Position numbers and translations under genes: made by a program
The notes under the pieces: generated by a model
The model's database searches: none
Told to the model about the DNA's origin: nothing
The model's input: the letters and a program-made list of their open reading frames with translations, nothing else
DNA from: an uncultured Candidatus Peribacteria bacterium
GTDB taxonomy: Bacteria > Patescibacteriota > Gracilibacteria > Peribacterales > Peribacteraceae
Length of the DNA: 64,000 nucleotides
NCBI GenBank assembly: GCA_964603635.1
Contig: CAZRVH010000004.1
Coordinates: forward strand, 6,816 to 70,815
Direction: 5' to 3'
Part shown: positions 42,607 through 51,849 of the stretch, one piece after another
Layout of the letters: each line of letters starts with the position of its first letter
How positions within the stretch are numbered: position 1 is the first letter of the stretch

Positions 42607-43461
42607 ATGAAGAGATTTTTTACTTTGTTGATAACCTGCGTTCTGGTGGCATGTACGAATCCTGCAACTATCCGTAGTCTTTCAAATTCGACAGGTAAGC
42701 ATTATCAAGAGATGCAATTGGGCAGGCTCGCTGAATTCGAAGGCTCCTATCATGGTGTAGATGAGGCAATGAAGGGCAATGATTTGCTTTCGAAACATGG
42801 TCAAAAGGTGCCGATGAAAAACATACAAGGTGAGAGCTTCGCAGCAATTTTGTCCGCTCTTCCCGCTCTCTGTAAAAAATATCCTTACGGTCATTTGTGT
42901 TTTTTGTTCAAAGAAGGAAGTGATGAATATATTGCGGTTCCAACTCAGGCACCCAAAGAAGGAGCTATGTCCAAAGCACAATGGACCCTCTTTAAAAATG
43001 AACAGGCAATTTTCAGTGCTCCCATGAATTACTCGACTGAAGGTCCGATTGTCTCGTTCACAGTCCTTGAAGGCCATCCCGCGGTGACTTTTCAACGCGA
43101 TCTGCGGCAGGGTGTTCTCGACGACAATGGTCCAAAGCCCGGAGAAGTGACGCAGGATACCTACTACCAAGGCAAGATGTTGAATGAGACATACGATCTT
43201 GAGGCAAGTCATGGACTGTTTGTTTTCAAGGGGATGATTGGCTTTGTGGGAAAGCGGGAAGGCAAGGAGTTCCTCTTCTTCAACGGCAAAGCAGTCACAA
43301 AGCCTTTCGATGCCATTCGTACTGAATCGTGCTGTGCTGTGCCGCACTTTCCCGTAGAAGTGCATGACAACGGGGCGGTGGTCTTGGTGGGGGAGAGGGG
43401 CGACAATGCGTATCTCACGGAAGTGGATTTGAATGAATATTCGCAGAATGCCGGAGAATGA
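42607..43461 (+). CDS. Lipoprotein, unknown function (AT-rich islet cargo)
   Basis: 284 aa with lipobox CVLVAC. No family recognised. Confidence 0.55.
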   Translation: MKRFFTLLITCVLVACTNPATIRSLSNSTGKHYQEMQLGRLAEFEGSYHGVDEAMKGNDLLSKHGQKVPMKNIQGESFAAILSALPALCKKYPYGHLCFLFKEGSDEYIAVPTQAPKEGAMSKAQWTLFKNEQAIFSAPMNYSTEGPIVSFTVLEGHPAVTFQRDLRQGVLDDNGPKPGEVTQDTYYQGKMLNETYDLEASHGLFVFKGMIGFVGKREGKEFLFFNGKAVTKPFDAIRTESCCAVPHFPVEVHDNGAVVLVGERGDNAYLTEVDLNEYSQNAGE

Positions 43462-43507
43462 AAAAACATTCGGTCAGCGCCTCTAGCAATGATTTTGTTA
43501 TCGTGAG

Positions 43508-43536
43508 CCGTGAGGCTGCCATCCGTCTTCGTCTCG
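43508..43536. repeat. Third partial copy of the tRNA-Glu 3' end plus shared flank
   Basis: ccgtgaggctgcca equals 41967-41980. ggctgccatccgtcttcgtctcg (43514-43536) equals 42451-42473. Confidence 0.8.
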
Positions 43537-43617
43537 GCGTTTTGCGCCGGACTTCGCCGTGACCGGCATTGTCGTATGAATGGCCGCTCATCTCTTTTTT
43601 GAGATGTACGCTGCGTG

Positions 43618-44382
43618 TCACATTTTCTGCCACAACTCCGTAAAGACGCCCGTCATGTTCTTGCACAAGATGGCATCGTGTATTTCCACGAGGTAGTGCG
43701 GTCGTGTTTTGGTGACGATCATGACAAGGTACTCGCCGCACACCCACATAGACGCACTGAAAGGGTTTTCGTGCTTCCAGAATTTCATCTCCCGATGCCC
43801 TATCTTTTTCCGCTGCATTCTCTCTTCGGCTGTCGATTCATTTGTCAGGAGCTTGAGAGACAGCTTCTTCGCATATGGCTGCTTCCAGCTCCATGTAATC
43901 CATTCTTCGTATGATTCTACGAAGGTGTGATCCTGGAAGCCCCGCCACACGCCGTCGCCGCGCTCCATGATGCTCCGATCCCACTTTTCCGTTTCGCCGT
44001 ATAAGTACTTTTCTATCTCGTCTTCATCTATGAAGACGATCCGGGGGACGGAGTATCTGCTGCTTTTGGAAAGGGAATTCAACTCGGTAATCGCTTTGTT
44101 GATCGCATGCTCCCGCTTGCGAAGCTGCTGCTTGTCCCTCTCCACAAGCAGATATAAGTCCTCCGGTGGCCGCGCAAGCAAATAGGTTTTCTTTGCGGTG
44201 ATGTCCTCGCGGATCACGCGTTTCCTTATCAGTTCCTTCACGACGCTGTAGACCGTCGTTCGGTTGATATCCGTCATTGCCGCCACATCCGAAGCGGAGA
44301 TTTTTCCGCTCTGGAGTATGGCTATGTAGATGTCGATCTCCTTTCGAGAGAAGCCCAGGCCTTCGAGCAATTCGTAAATCAT
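43618..44382 (-). CDS. TrmB-family transcriptional regulator
   Basis: ORF track 43618..44466; ATG 44382. LLEGLGFSRKEIDIYIAILQSGKISASDVAAMTDINRTTVYSVVKELIRKRVI is a TrmB-type wHTH. Confidence 0.7.
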   Translation of the reverse strand: MIYELLEGLGFSRKEIDIYIAILQSGKISASDVAAMTDINRTTVYSVVKELIRKRVIREDITAKKTYLLARPPEDLYLLVERDKQQLRKREHAINKAITELNSLSKSSRYSVPRIVFIDEDEIEKYLYGETEKWDRSIMERGDGVWRGFQDHTFVESYEEWITWSWKQPYAKKLSLKLLTNESTAEERMQRKKIGHREMKFWKHENPFSASMWVCGEYLVMIVTKTRPHYLVEIHDAILCKNMTGVFTELWQKM

Positions 44383-44561
44383 GGTTACATCGTAGCATCT
44401 AGCATCGTAATTCGCTAATTTTTGTTGAAACTCCGTCAACTTTAAATATTGGCTAATATAAGCCATTATTTTATGTATTTAGTTAACTTTGACTTAGATA
44501 TTTTGACTATTATGGCATGTTTCTATAACTTCACTGCAAATTCAATGCTTCGTCCAATCCT

Positions 44562-45422
44562 ATGAACACCCCGCGCTCTCACGCAGTAACGGCAAGCATC
44601 GCCCTTGTCGCTCTTGCGTTTTCGGCGGTCTCCTATCTGCAGCCATCGTCGCGGCAGGCAAGTCTTGTAGGGGGCGACTCACTGACGAAGATCCAAAAAA
44701 CAGGCCGAATCGACGTCTGTTATGCGGTATGGCCACCCGCCGAAATGAAAGATCCCAGTACCGGCAGGGTAACGGGGCACGACGTGGAAGCCATCGAGTA
44801 CATTGCCGCCCAGATCGGCGCGAAGGTCGTGTACCATGAGCAGACGTTTGCAACAAAGGCGAGTGCCGTGCAATCGGGAACGTGTGATGTGGCAATCGAG
44901 TTCTTCGTGAAGATCGGCAGATCAGCCGCTGTCGCATTTACCAATCCACTCTACTATGTGGGCAACAGCGCCCTGGTTCGCAGAGGTGACGAAGCGCGCT
45001 TCAAGACAGTGCGGGATATCGATCGGCCCGGCGTGAGAGTGGCCGTTGCAACCGGCGAATCGGGTCATATCTACGCCAAAGAGCACTTCAAACATGCGAC
45101 GATCATTTCGATAGACGTGGAGGCAGCCGATCTGAGCCGCTTCCTCTTGGAAGTCACGTCCGGACGCGCCGATGTCGGCCTGGCGGATGCCAGCACCATT
45201 CGGCTCTTTGCCGCCGCCCATCCAGACACGGTCGATCTCTTCGCCAATACGCCTTTCGATCTCAATCCCGTGGGTTTCGCGGTGCGCCATGGTGACACGG
45301 AACTCCTGACTTTCCTCAATAACTCCCTTCTTTACATGCAAACGAGTGGGGTGTACGACGAACTGCTGAAGAAATACGAAGCGCAATGGCTGCGCGAAGA
45401 TAAGCGCTATATCGCTCGTTAA
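44562..45422 (+). CDS. Amino-acid ABC transporter substrate-binding protein (family 3)
   Basis: 286 aa with signal peptide. Two-lobe SBP_bac_3-like pattern (IDVCYAVWPP..., RVAVATGESGH..., GRADVGLADAS). Confidence 0.75.
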   Translation: MNTPRSHAVTASIALVALAFSAVSYLQPSSRQASLVGGDSLTKIQKTGRIDVCYAVWPPAEMKDPSTGRVTGHDVEAIEYIAAQIGAKVVYHEQTFATKASAVQSGTCDVAIEFFVKIGRSAAVAFTNPLYYVGNSALVRRGDEARFKTVRDIDRPGVRVAVATGESGHIYAKEHFKHATIISIDVEAADLSRFLLEVTSGRADVGLADASTIRLFAAAHPDTVDLFANTPFDLNPVGFAVRHGDTELLTFLNNSLLYMQTSGVYDELLKKYEAQWLREDKRYIAR

Positions 45423-45437
45423 TACACCTATCCCGCA

Positions 45438-46130
45438 ATGTACGACTGGCAATGGCGCATCATCTGGCTGAATGCGGATGTCTTCCTGAAAGGCATCGCC
45501 ATCACGGTATCGCTGACCGTCCTCTGCGTGTTTTTCGGGACTGCGCTTGGCGTATTGCTCGCATGTTGCAGGAGGTCAAAGATAGAGGTATTAAGCATGT
45601 TGAGCCGAATTTTTATCGAGCTATTTCGCGCCCTTCCCATCCTCGTTGTTCTCATCTGGATTTACTACGTTCTTCCCACGCTCTTCGGCCCGAGGCTTTC
45701 TCCTTTTGCCGCTGCGGTTCTCGCGCTCTCCCTCAATCTCGCCGCTTTCGCCGCCGAGACCGTTCGCGCAGGAATCGAGTCCGTAGCCCACTCGCAACTC
45801 GAATCGGGATTGGCACTCGGCATGACGGAAAGCCAGGCAATGCGCCGCATCGTTCTGCCGCAGGCGGTTCGCACGATGATCCCGAATCTTCTGGGCCTGT
45901 ACATTACCGAGATCAAAAATTCCTCCTTGGCCTCCATCATTGCGGTCGGGGAAGTGCTGCATCAGGCAAACCTTCTCATCAGCGATATCTATCGACCGTT
46001 AGAGATTTATACGACAGTCGCCCTTGTCTATCTCCTGATCATTCTCCCTCTCATCGGTCTTCTGCGCTACGCGGAGCAACGATTTGCCCGTGGCACCTCT
46101 ACCGCTTTCAACTATGGAACCAGCTATTAG
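45438..46130 (+). CDS. Amino-acid ABC transporter permease (His/Glu/Gln/Arg family)
   Basis: 230 aa. EAA-type loop ETVRAGIESVAHSQLESGLALGMTESQAMRRIVLPQA. Confidence 0.85.
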   Translation: MYDWQWRIIWLNADVFLKGIAITVSLTVLCVFFGTALGVLLACCRRSKIEVLSMLSRIFIELFRALPILVVLIWIYYVLPTLFGPRLSPFAAAVLALSLNLAAFAAETVRAGIESVAHSQLESGLALGMTESQAMRRIVLPQAVRTMIPNLLGLYITEIKNSSLASIIAVGEVLHQANLLISDIYRPLEIYTTVALVYLLIILPLIGLLRYAEQRFARGTSTAFNYGTSY

Positions 46131-46854
46131 CCTTCAGAATGTCCGCAAAAGATTTGGCGAGCATGAGGTACTGAAAGGCATCTCCTTTGATGTCATGCCA
46201 GGAACAATCACGGCTATTATCGGTTCAAGCGGTTCCGGAAAGACAACCCTGCTTCGTGCGCTGAACGGGCTTTGTACTATCGATTCCGGCACAATCAACA
46301 TTCAGGGTTTTCTTATCCGTGGTGATGCCAAAGTTGATCTTCGTCGCCTACGCGAGCATGTGGGGATGGTCTTCCAACAATTCAATCTCTGGCCCCACAA
46401 GACGGTCTTGGAAAACCTTGTGGAAGCCCCTATCATTGTACGAGGAATGACACGGGAAAAAGCGATGGAATCCGCGATTATTCGTTTGAAGCAAGTAGGA
46501 TTGGAGGAGAAGTGCGATGCGTATCCCATCTCGCTTTCAGGAGGACAACAACAGAGAGTCGCCATTGCTCGTACGCTCATGATGGAGCCCCAGGTATTGC
46601 TTTTCGATGAGGTCACTTCCGCCCTTGATCCCGAACTTGCGTGGGGAGTCTTGCAGGTTATTCGTACTCTCGCGAAAGAACGCAGTCAGACGATGGTTAT
46701 CGTGACACATGAGATGTCCTTTGCGCGTGAGATCGCAGACGAAGTACTATTCCTGGATAACGGGATAGTCCTAGAGAGAGGACATCCGTCCGTGCTTTTT
46801 GCGTCTCCCACTCAGGAGCGCACCAAGGCTTTCCTCGGTAGATTTTTGGCTTAG
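46114..46854 (+). CDS. Amino-acid ABC transporter ATP-binding protein
   Basis: ATG 46114. Walker A GSSGSGKTT, signature LSGGQQQRVAIAR and Walker B LLFDEVTSALD. Confidence 0.9.
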   Translation: MEPAISLQNVRKRFGEHEVLKGISFDVMPGTITAIIGSSGSGKTTLLRALNGLCTIDSGTINIQGFLIRGDAKVDLRRLREHVGMVFQQFNLWPHKTVLENLVEAPIIVRGMTREKAMESAIIRLKQVGLEEKCDAYPISLSGGQQQRVAIARTLMMEPQVLLFDEVTSALDPELAWGVLQVIRTLAKERSQTMVIVTHEMSFAREIADEVLFLDNGIVLERGHPSVLFASPTQERTKAFLGRFLA

Positions 46855-47060
46855 GCCGTTGCGGCAGTTCCGATTTTCAACAATGGAAACCAATCTTTTC
46901 ATGCATACGGTCTATCAGAGACGTATGTCCGGTGGGCAAGCCATCAACGGAGTGCATGCTCACGGCTCGAATCGTCGTACCGGCTGCAGTTATCACGTAG
47001 AAATGACGTCGCGCTGCCGATTCTTCCGCTTCGCGCCCTTCGACGGAAGGCCCGGGATAC

Positions 47061-47090
47061 ACTCGCGCTCGTTCGACGCGAGTCATTTTG
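47061..47090 (+). terminator. Possible terminator hairpin
   Basis: actcgcg-ctcgttcga-cgcgagt followed by cattttgtt. Confidence 0.35.
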
Positions 47091-47103
47091 TTATGATCGA
47101 TAT

Positions 47104-47283
47104 ATGAATCCCGAACTCAAGGACGGAGACAAATGCACCGTCGTCAACGGCAGGCACAAAGGGAAGTCCGGCATCGTGGGGGATATCCATATGAGCAAGG
47201 CGGGCCATATGACGATCACCGTGACGCAGGCCAACGGCGAACGGTTCAAGACGCTTGCGAAGAGCGTGGAGGTACTTTCGTAA
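47104..47283 (+). CDS. Small KOW-motif protein (59 aa)
   Basis: Below the ORF-track length cutoff; translated by hand: MNPELKDGDKCTVVNGRHKGKSGIVGDIHMSKAGHMTITVTQANGERFKTLAKSVEVLS. G-x-H/Y-K-G-K-x-G is KOW-like. Confidence 0.5.
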   Translation: MNPELKDGDKCTVVNGRHKGKSGIVGDIHMSKAGHMTITVTQANGERFKTLAKSVEVLS

Positions 47284-47307
47284 AATCTCTTCTGGTATCA
47301 TAGCTGC

Positions 47308-47577
47308 ATGAATACCACTTTTCAGCGCGTTCTTCATATCGTTGTGGCCGTCGTGCTCGCATTCGTGATCTACGTTCTTCCGGATATGGTGGCGAACCTG
47401 GGGGAGACGATGAGTTTCCGCTTGAAAGGTGCGCTCGCCATTTTCTTCTTCCTGGCCAGCATCATGTTGGAGCAGAAAAAGAAGGCAACCGCTGCTACCT
47501 TTTCGCTTACGACGGGCCTCACGTTGACGCTCCTGCTTTTTTTCGGCGGGGCCATCCGCATCGCGGAGCTGGGTTAA
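47308..47577 (+). CDS. Small membrane protein
   Basis: 89 aa with three hydrophobic segments. No family recognised. Confidence 0.4.
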   Translation: MNTTFQRVLHIVVAVVLAFVIYVLPDMVANLGETMSFRLKGALAIFFFLASIMLEQKKKATAATFSLTTGLTLTLLLFFGGAIRIAELG

Positions 47578-47622
47578 AGAGCCCGTCCTTGCACTTTATC
47601 GAAACGAGCGCATGATTGCTTC

Positions 47623-48600
47623 GTGAAGTTCTATTTGTCAAAGCATATCGTCACGCACGTCGCGTCCATGTTTGTCGGCCTCCTGGCTTTCTTCGTCCTT
47701 CACCAGGTGTGGCCGTATGTCGCGCCATGTCATACGACATACAATCTTCTGAATCCCTCGGTTCGATGCAAGGCCGCGACGCTAAAGGGGGAGTGGGATT
47801 ACGAGCCCCTGCGGGATGATTTGTCTGCCAAAAAAGAAGCTCTCAAGGAGACCGGGAAGATTACGCACCTTTCGGTATATTTCCGCGATCTCGACCGCGG
47901 GCCTCGCTTCGGAATCGGGGAGTATGACAAATTTCAGCCCGCGAGCCTGACGAAACTTCCCATCATGATCGCGTTCCTGCACCTTGCGGACCTGGATCCA
48001 TCCGTGTTGGACAAAACTCTCTCGTTCACTGGGTTCCTCGATACCAATATGAACGTGGAAACGCCGGATCAGACCATCAAGCCCGATACCCCGTACTCCG
48101 TGCGGGAATTGCTTCGCAAGATGATCGTCTATTCGGACAATTATTCCTATCTGTTGCTCGTCAAAGAATTGAACTCGATGCCGAGTGATTTGAGGTATTA
48201 CACGTTTCACGACCTCGATATCCTGAACATGATGCTTGCGCCCAGGGCGGATTACGTTTCGATTTCGTCGTATGCGACCCTGTTCGCGGTGCTGCACAAC
48301 ACGGGATATTTATCCAAGGACATGTCCCAATATGCCCTGTCCCTGCTGTCTCAGACCACGTTCCGCGACGGGATCGTCGCTGGAGTGCCGCCCGATACCG
48401 TCGTCGCCCATAAATTCGGACGCAAGCTCCAGGAGGGCGAGGACAGCCAACTGCATGACTGCGGCATCGTCTACCATCCCAAGATGAGATATGTCCTTTG
48501 CATCATGACAAGCGGCACCGAATATGCCGCGGAAAAGGAGGCCATAGCCGGCATGTCTCGCATCGTGTACGACGCGATATCCGATCTCGCGATGCAGTGA
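47623..48600 (+). CDS. Membrane-anchored serine hydrolase, class A beta-lactamase/PBP-like
   Basis: GTG start and N-terminal TM. FQPASLTKLPI contains S-x-x-K; later YSDN (SxN-like) and HKFG (KTG-like position). Confidence 0.6.
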   Translation: MKFYLSKHIVTHVASMFVGLLAFFVLHQVWPYVAPCHTTYNLLNPSVRCKAATLKGEWDYEPLRDDLSAKKEALKETGKITHLSVYFRDLDRGPRFGIGEYDKFQPASLTKLPIMIAFLHLADLDPSVLDKTLSFTGFLDTNMNVETPDQTIKPDTPYSVRELLRKMIVYSDNYSYLLLVKELNSMPSDLRYYTFHDLDILNMMLAPRADYVSISSYATLFAVLHNTGYLSKDMSQYALSLLSQTTFRDGIVAGVPPDTVVAHKFGRKLQEGEDSQLHDCGIVYHPKMRYVLCIMTSGTEYAAEKEAIAGMSRIVYDAISDLAMQ

Positions 48601-48603
48601 GAT

Positions 48604-49704
48604 TTATTCCTCGCCGCCCATGAATACGCCCATGCTCTTGGCCGCGACGTACACGGGGTCGTCTTTGGTGACGCGCTTGATATCTCCCACGGCTTCCGCG
48701 ATAGGAACGACGGAGATGACGCTGTTACGCAGCGATACCATGGAGCCGTACTTTCCTTCGTGCATTGCTTCGATTGCCGCGACACCGTATTCGGTGGAAA
48801 GGATGCGGTCTTCCGCGATGGGGCTTCCGCCGCGCTGCGTGTGTCCCAGGACTACTGTACGCATTTCAAATTCATTGGGCGCGATTGCTTCCACTGCCGC
48901 CATCAATCGGTCTGCGGCACCGCCCAGCTGCACTTCCGACGCTTTGCTCGATCCCTTCGTTGCCAACTGACCTCCGATGCGTACGCCTTCCGTGACAATC
49001 ACGGATGCAAAACCACTCGCGTCGTCGCGGTGTCGCAGGTAGTCGACGAAATCCTCCACCTCAAATGGGAACTCTGGCAGTAGAATCGCGTCGGCTCCGC
49101 CCGCCACGCCACCGTACAACCCGATCCAACCCGTGTGGCGTCCCATCGTTTCCACGAAGATGACGCGGTCATGACTCGCTGCCGTGGTGCGGATGCGATC
49201 CAATGCTTCGCGTACCACTTCCACGGCGGATGCGAAACCGAATGTCCGATCCGTTCCCTGCAGGTCATTGTCGATAGTCTTTGGCACTCCTATTACCTTG
49301 ATGCCTGTAAGTTCCTGGAGCTGAAGAGCGCCCGTGAGCGTGCCGTCTCCGCCGATGACAATAAGCGCATCCATACCGTTCGCCTTCATATTCTTCTCCA
49401 CCATGCGCAACGTTTCATCGGGCACGCGCGAAACTCCTCCGTCACCTTGTTTCGCTGCGAAACGTCCTTTGTTTGTCGTGCGCAGGATGGTGCCGCCCAT
49501 ATTGGCGATGCTACGGACAGTATCCAGTTTCAGCGGAATCAGCATCGGAGGATCCAAAATACCCTCCCAACCTTTCTGAATTCCCGTAAAACAATAACCC
49601 AGTGGGATACCTGCTTGGACGATGCCTGCGATCACGGCGTTCAGGCCTGCGCAGTCGCCTCCACCCGTCAGGATACCGATGTGTCGTACGGAATGTTTCT
49701 CCAT
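48604..49704 (-). CDS. pfkA: 6-phosphofructokinase
   Basis: IGILTGGGDCAGLNAVI, LIVIGGDGT, GVPKTIDNDL, ETMGRHTGW and LGHTQRGG. Confidence 0.85.
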   Translation of the reverse strand: MEKHSVRHIGILTGGGDCAGLNAVIAGIVQAGIPLGYCFTGIQKGWEGILDPPMLIPLKLDTVRSIANMGGTILRTTNKGRFAAKQGDGGVSRVPDETLRMVEKNMKANGMDALIVIGGDGTLTGALQLQELTGIKVIGVPKTIDNDLQGTDRTFGFASAVEVVREALDRIRTTAASHDRVIFVETMGRHTGWIGLYGGVAGGADAILLPEFPFEVEDFVDYLRHRDDASGFASVIVTEGVRIGGQLATKGSSKASEVQLGGAADRLMAAVEAIAPNEFEMRTVVLGHTQRGGSPIAEDRILSTEYGVAAIEAMHEGKYGSMVSLRNSVISVVPIAEAVGDIKRVTKDDPVYVAAKSMGVFMGGEE

Positions 49705-49803
49705 GGGAATGTAATGAAGGGATGAAGCACCGAGTATATCGTCTTCCTCCTTTCCATTCCAGAGTCTAAGACCGCGCTTTGCTTTGGGCTATCGGGATTC
49801 TCC

Positions 49804-50043
49804 TCACACCTTGGTGCGCCATTGGCATGGTTCCTTGCATTTGTCGCAGTATTGCGATCCGTATTCGTGTTTCTCGCCCTGTACGCAGCCTGCCTGGCAA
49901 CACAGGGAGAACATCGTGCGCCGCGCCGCGCTGGTAATGGGGGCGGCCTTGCGGTCTTTGAGGTGCTTGGTGCAATAATCCCTGCCGCGCGTCTGGCTGG
50001 TGCAACCGTCGGTCGCGCACTGTTTTCTGGTGATGATATGCAT
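49804..50043 (-). CDS. Small Cys-rich protein with two C-x4-C-x(9-12)-C-x2-[HC] units
   Basis: ATG 50043 (MHIITRKQCATDGCTSQTRGRDYCTKH ... CCQAGCVQGEKHEYGSQYCDKC). No family recognised. Confidence 0.4.
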   Translation of the reverse strand: MHIITRKQCATDGCTSQTRGRDYCTKHLKDRKAAPITSAARRTMFSLCCQAGCVQGEKHEYGSQYCDKCKEPCQWRTKV

Positions 50044-50243
50044 GGATGGGGGAGAAAGGAATCCGGAGACCAACGAGGTATCATACCCCTTCTTTGACGT
50101 TTCGCCCTAATGGATACTTTTAGATTTTTGGCATAAATATGCGGAAAATACTCGCTATTCCCCGGAAAGGGAGTATGGTCGTCTTTCTGAAGGCGGAGAA
50201 ATCAGATCTGCCCAGTGTTCTTATTTTTTCTCCTTCTACCAGT

Positions 50244-50483
50244 ATGGCTACGGGAATTATCAAAACGAAGACCGACAAAGGATTCGGTTTTATCAAAGTC
50301 GAGGGTTCGGCTGACGTTTTCTTTCACAACAGTGAATGCAACGGGCAGTTCGATTCCATGAACGTCGGCCAGACCGTGTCGTTCGACATGGGTCAGGGCG
50401 ACAAGGGTCCGAAGGCCACGAACGTGGTCGCGACGGACGCGTCTGCTCCCGCAGAGGCCCCGATGGATGACATGGCCGCCTAA
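50244..50483 (+). CDS. Cold-shock-domain protein with acidic C-terminal tail
   Basis: ATG 50244. KGFGFI (RNP1) and VFFH (RNP2). Confidence 0.85.
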   Translation: MATGIIKTKTDKGFGFIKVEGSADVFFHNSECNGQFDSMNVGQTVSFDMGQGDKGPKATNVVATDASAPAEAPMDDMAA

Positions 50484-50498
50484 TCGCGCTTCCGAAAG

Positions 50499-50538
50499 CA
50501 GCCCGCTTCCGTCGCGAGACGGGGCCGGGCTGTTTTTT
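50499..50538 (+). terminator. Rho-independent terminator
   Basis: cagcccg ... ccgtc-gcga-gacgg ... cgggctg followed by tttttt. Confidence 0.75.
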
Positions 50539-50593
50539 AAGGGATCGCCGCGGTTTCTTTGTGCTTCGCCCCCGGATGTGATTCCATATCCGT

Positions 50594-51376
50594 ATGACCC
50601 TGCTCCATGCCCTGGTCTTCGGCGTCGTCGAAGGCATCAGCGAATTCCTCCCCATTTCCTCCACCGCGCATCTCATCCTCACGGGTCAATTGCTCGGGTT
50701 GCCGCACACGGAGTTCCTGAAGACGTTCGAGATTTCCATCCAGCTGGGCGCGATCCTGTCGGTCGTCACGCTCTACTGGAGGTCCTTCCTGCAGTCGAAA
50801 GAAGTGTTATTCAAAGTTGCCGCGGCCTTTGTTCCGACCATGATCATTGGCTTTGGGTTGCATTCCATCATCAAGAACGTGTTTTTTGAAAGCACGACGC
50901 TGATCCTCTGGTCGCTTCTGCTCGGGGGAATCTTCCTCATCGTCTTCGAGAGGTCACACAAGGAGAAGGCCGATGCGACCGATGACATCGCGTCGATCAC
51001 GTACAGGCAGGCCGCGATCATCGGACTCTTCCAGTCCGTCGCCGTTATTCCGGGCGTCTCCCGCGCCGCCGCCACGATCGTCGGGGGATTGCTGCTGGGA
51101 CTCAAGCGCAAGACGATCGTCGACTTCTCCTTCCTGCTCGCGGTGCCCACCATGTTGGCCGCCACCGCGCTGGATTTGATCAAGGAAGGAAGCGCATTCA
51201 GCTCAGTCGATTACGGCATGCTGGCCGTCGGGTTCGTCACCTCGTTCGTCGTCGCCATCCTCGCTATCAAGTGGCTGCTGAAATTCATCAAGAACCATTC
51301 CTTCACGGCGTTCGGTATCTACCGTATCATCATCGCCATTTTCTTCTTCCTGTATGTCCGAAACGTCATCGCTTGA
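50594..51376 (+). CDS. uppP: Undecaprenyl-diphosphatase (BacA)
   Basis: GVVEGISEFLPISSTAHL ... PGVSRAAATIVGG are BacA signatures. Confidence 0.9.
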   Translation: MTLLHALVFGVVEGISEFLPISSTAHLILTGQLLGLPHTEFLKTFEISIQLGAILSVVTLYWRSFLQSKEVLFKVAAAFVPTMIIGFGLHSIIKNVFFESTTLILWSLLLGGIFLIVFERSHKEKADATDDIASITYRQAAIIGLFQSVAVIPGVSRAAATIVGGLLLGLKRKTIVDFSFLLAVPTMLAATALDLIKEGSAFSSVDYGMLAVGFVTSFVVAILAIKWLLKFIKNHSFTAFGIYRIIIAIFFFLYVRNVIA

Positions 51377-51824
51377 GGATGGGGTTGAAGTCCAGAAGCG
51401 GCCGATGGTTGCCGCAGTAGTCATACGTGGCGGAAGAATGCTGCTTGCGCGGAATATCAAGCATAACCGCGTGCGTCTGGAACCGCCCGGAGGAAAAACG
51501 AAGGACGGTGAGACCCCCGAGGAGGCCGTGATGCGCGAGGGGATGGAGGAAATGGGTCGCGTGTTGACTGTGAAGGGGGTGATCGGCATCTATGAAACGC
51601 AGTCACCCGAGGGTCCGTTCGACGTGCACATGATCCTCTGCGATATGGACGGCGATCCCGTTGAAGGGTTGGAGCCGGACAAGATCGGCGGGTTCGAATG
51701 GCTGACGTCCGGAGAAATGGCTGCATTGGCGGCGAAGAACAAAGCCGGAGACCTGTCCGTCACCTTGGTGCCGAACATCGTGTCCGCCCTGCCCGATCTG
51801 GCACCGTATCTGGAAATAGCATAG
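51354..51824 (+). CDS. NUDIX hydrolase
   Basis: Nudix box PPGGKTKDGETPEEAVMREGMEEMG. The start may instead be ATG 51405. Confidence 0.75.
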   Translation: MSETSSLEDGVEVQKRPMVAAVVIRGGRMLLARNIKHNRVRLEPPGGKTKDGETPEEAVMREGMEEMGRVLTVKGVIGIYETQSPEGPFDVHMILCDMDGDPVEGLEPDKIGGFEWLTSGEMAALAAKNKAGDLSVTLVPNIVSALPDLAPYLEIA

Positions 51825-51849
51825 GATAGCCGTGATTTCATACCATTCC

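Noticed and set aside
41981-44500. Integrase, transposase, phage or conjugation genes that would make the tRNA-Glu islet an active mobile element.
   Set aside because: None of the three islet proteins shows tyrosine/serine recombinase or DDE motifs by eye. I therefore call it only an att-bounded remnant, not a mobile element.
46855-47103. ORFs 46799..47107 (+) and 46877..47086 (-) in the gap after the ABC transporter.
   Set aside because: They are mutually overlapping with non-protein-like composition. The region contains a degenerate REP-like core and a hairpin, so it is more likely non-coding.
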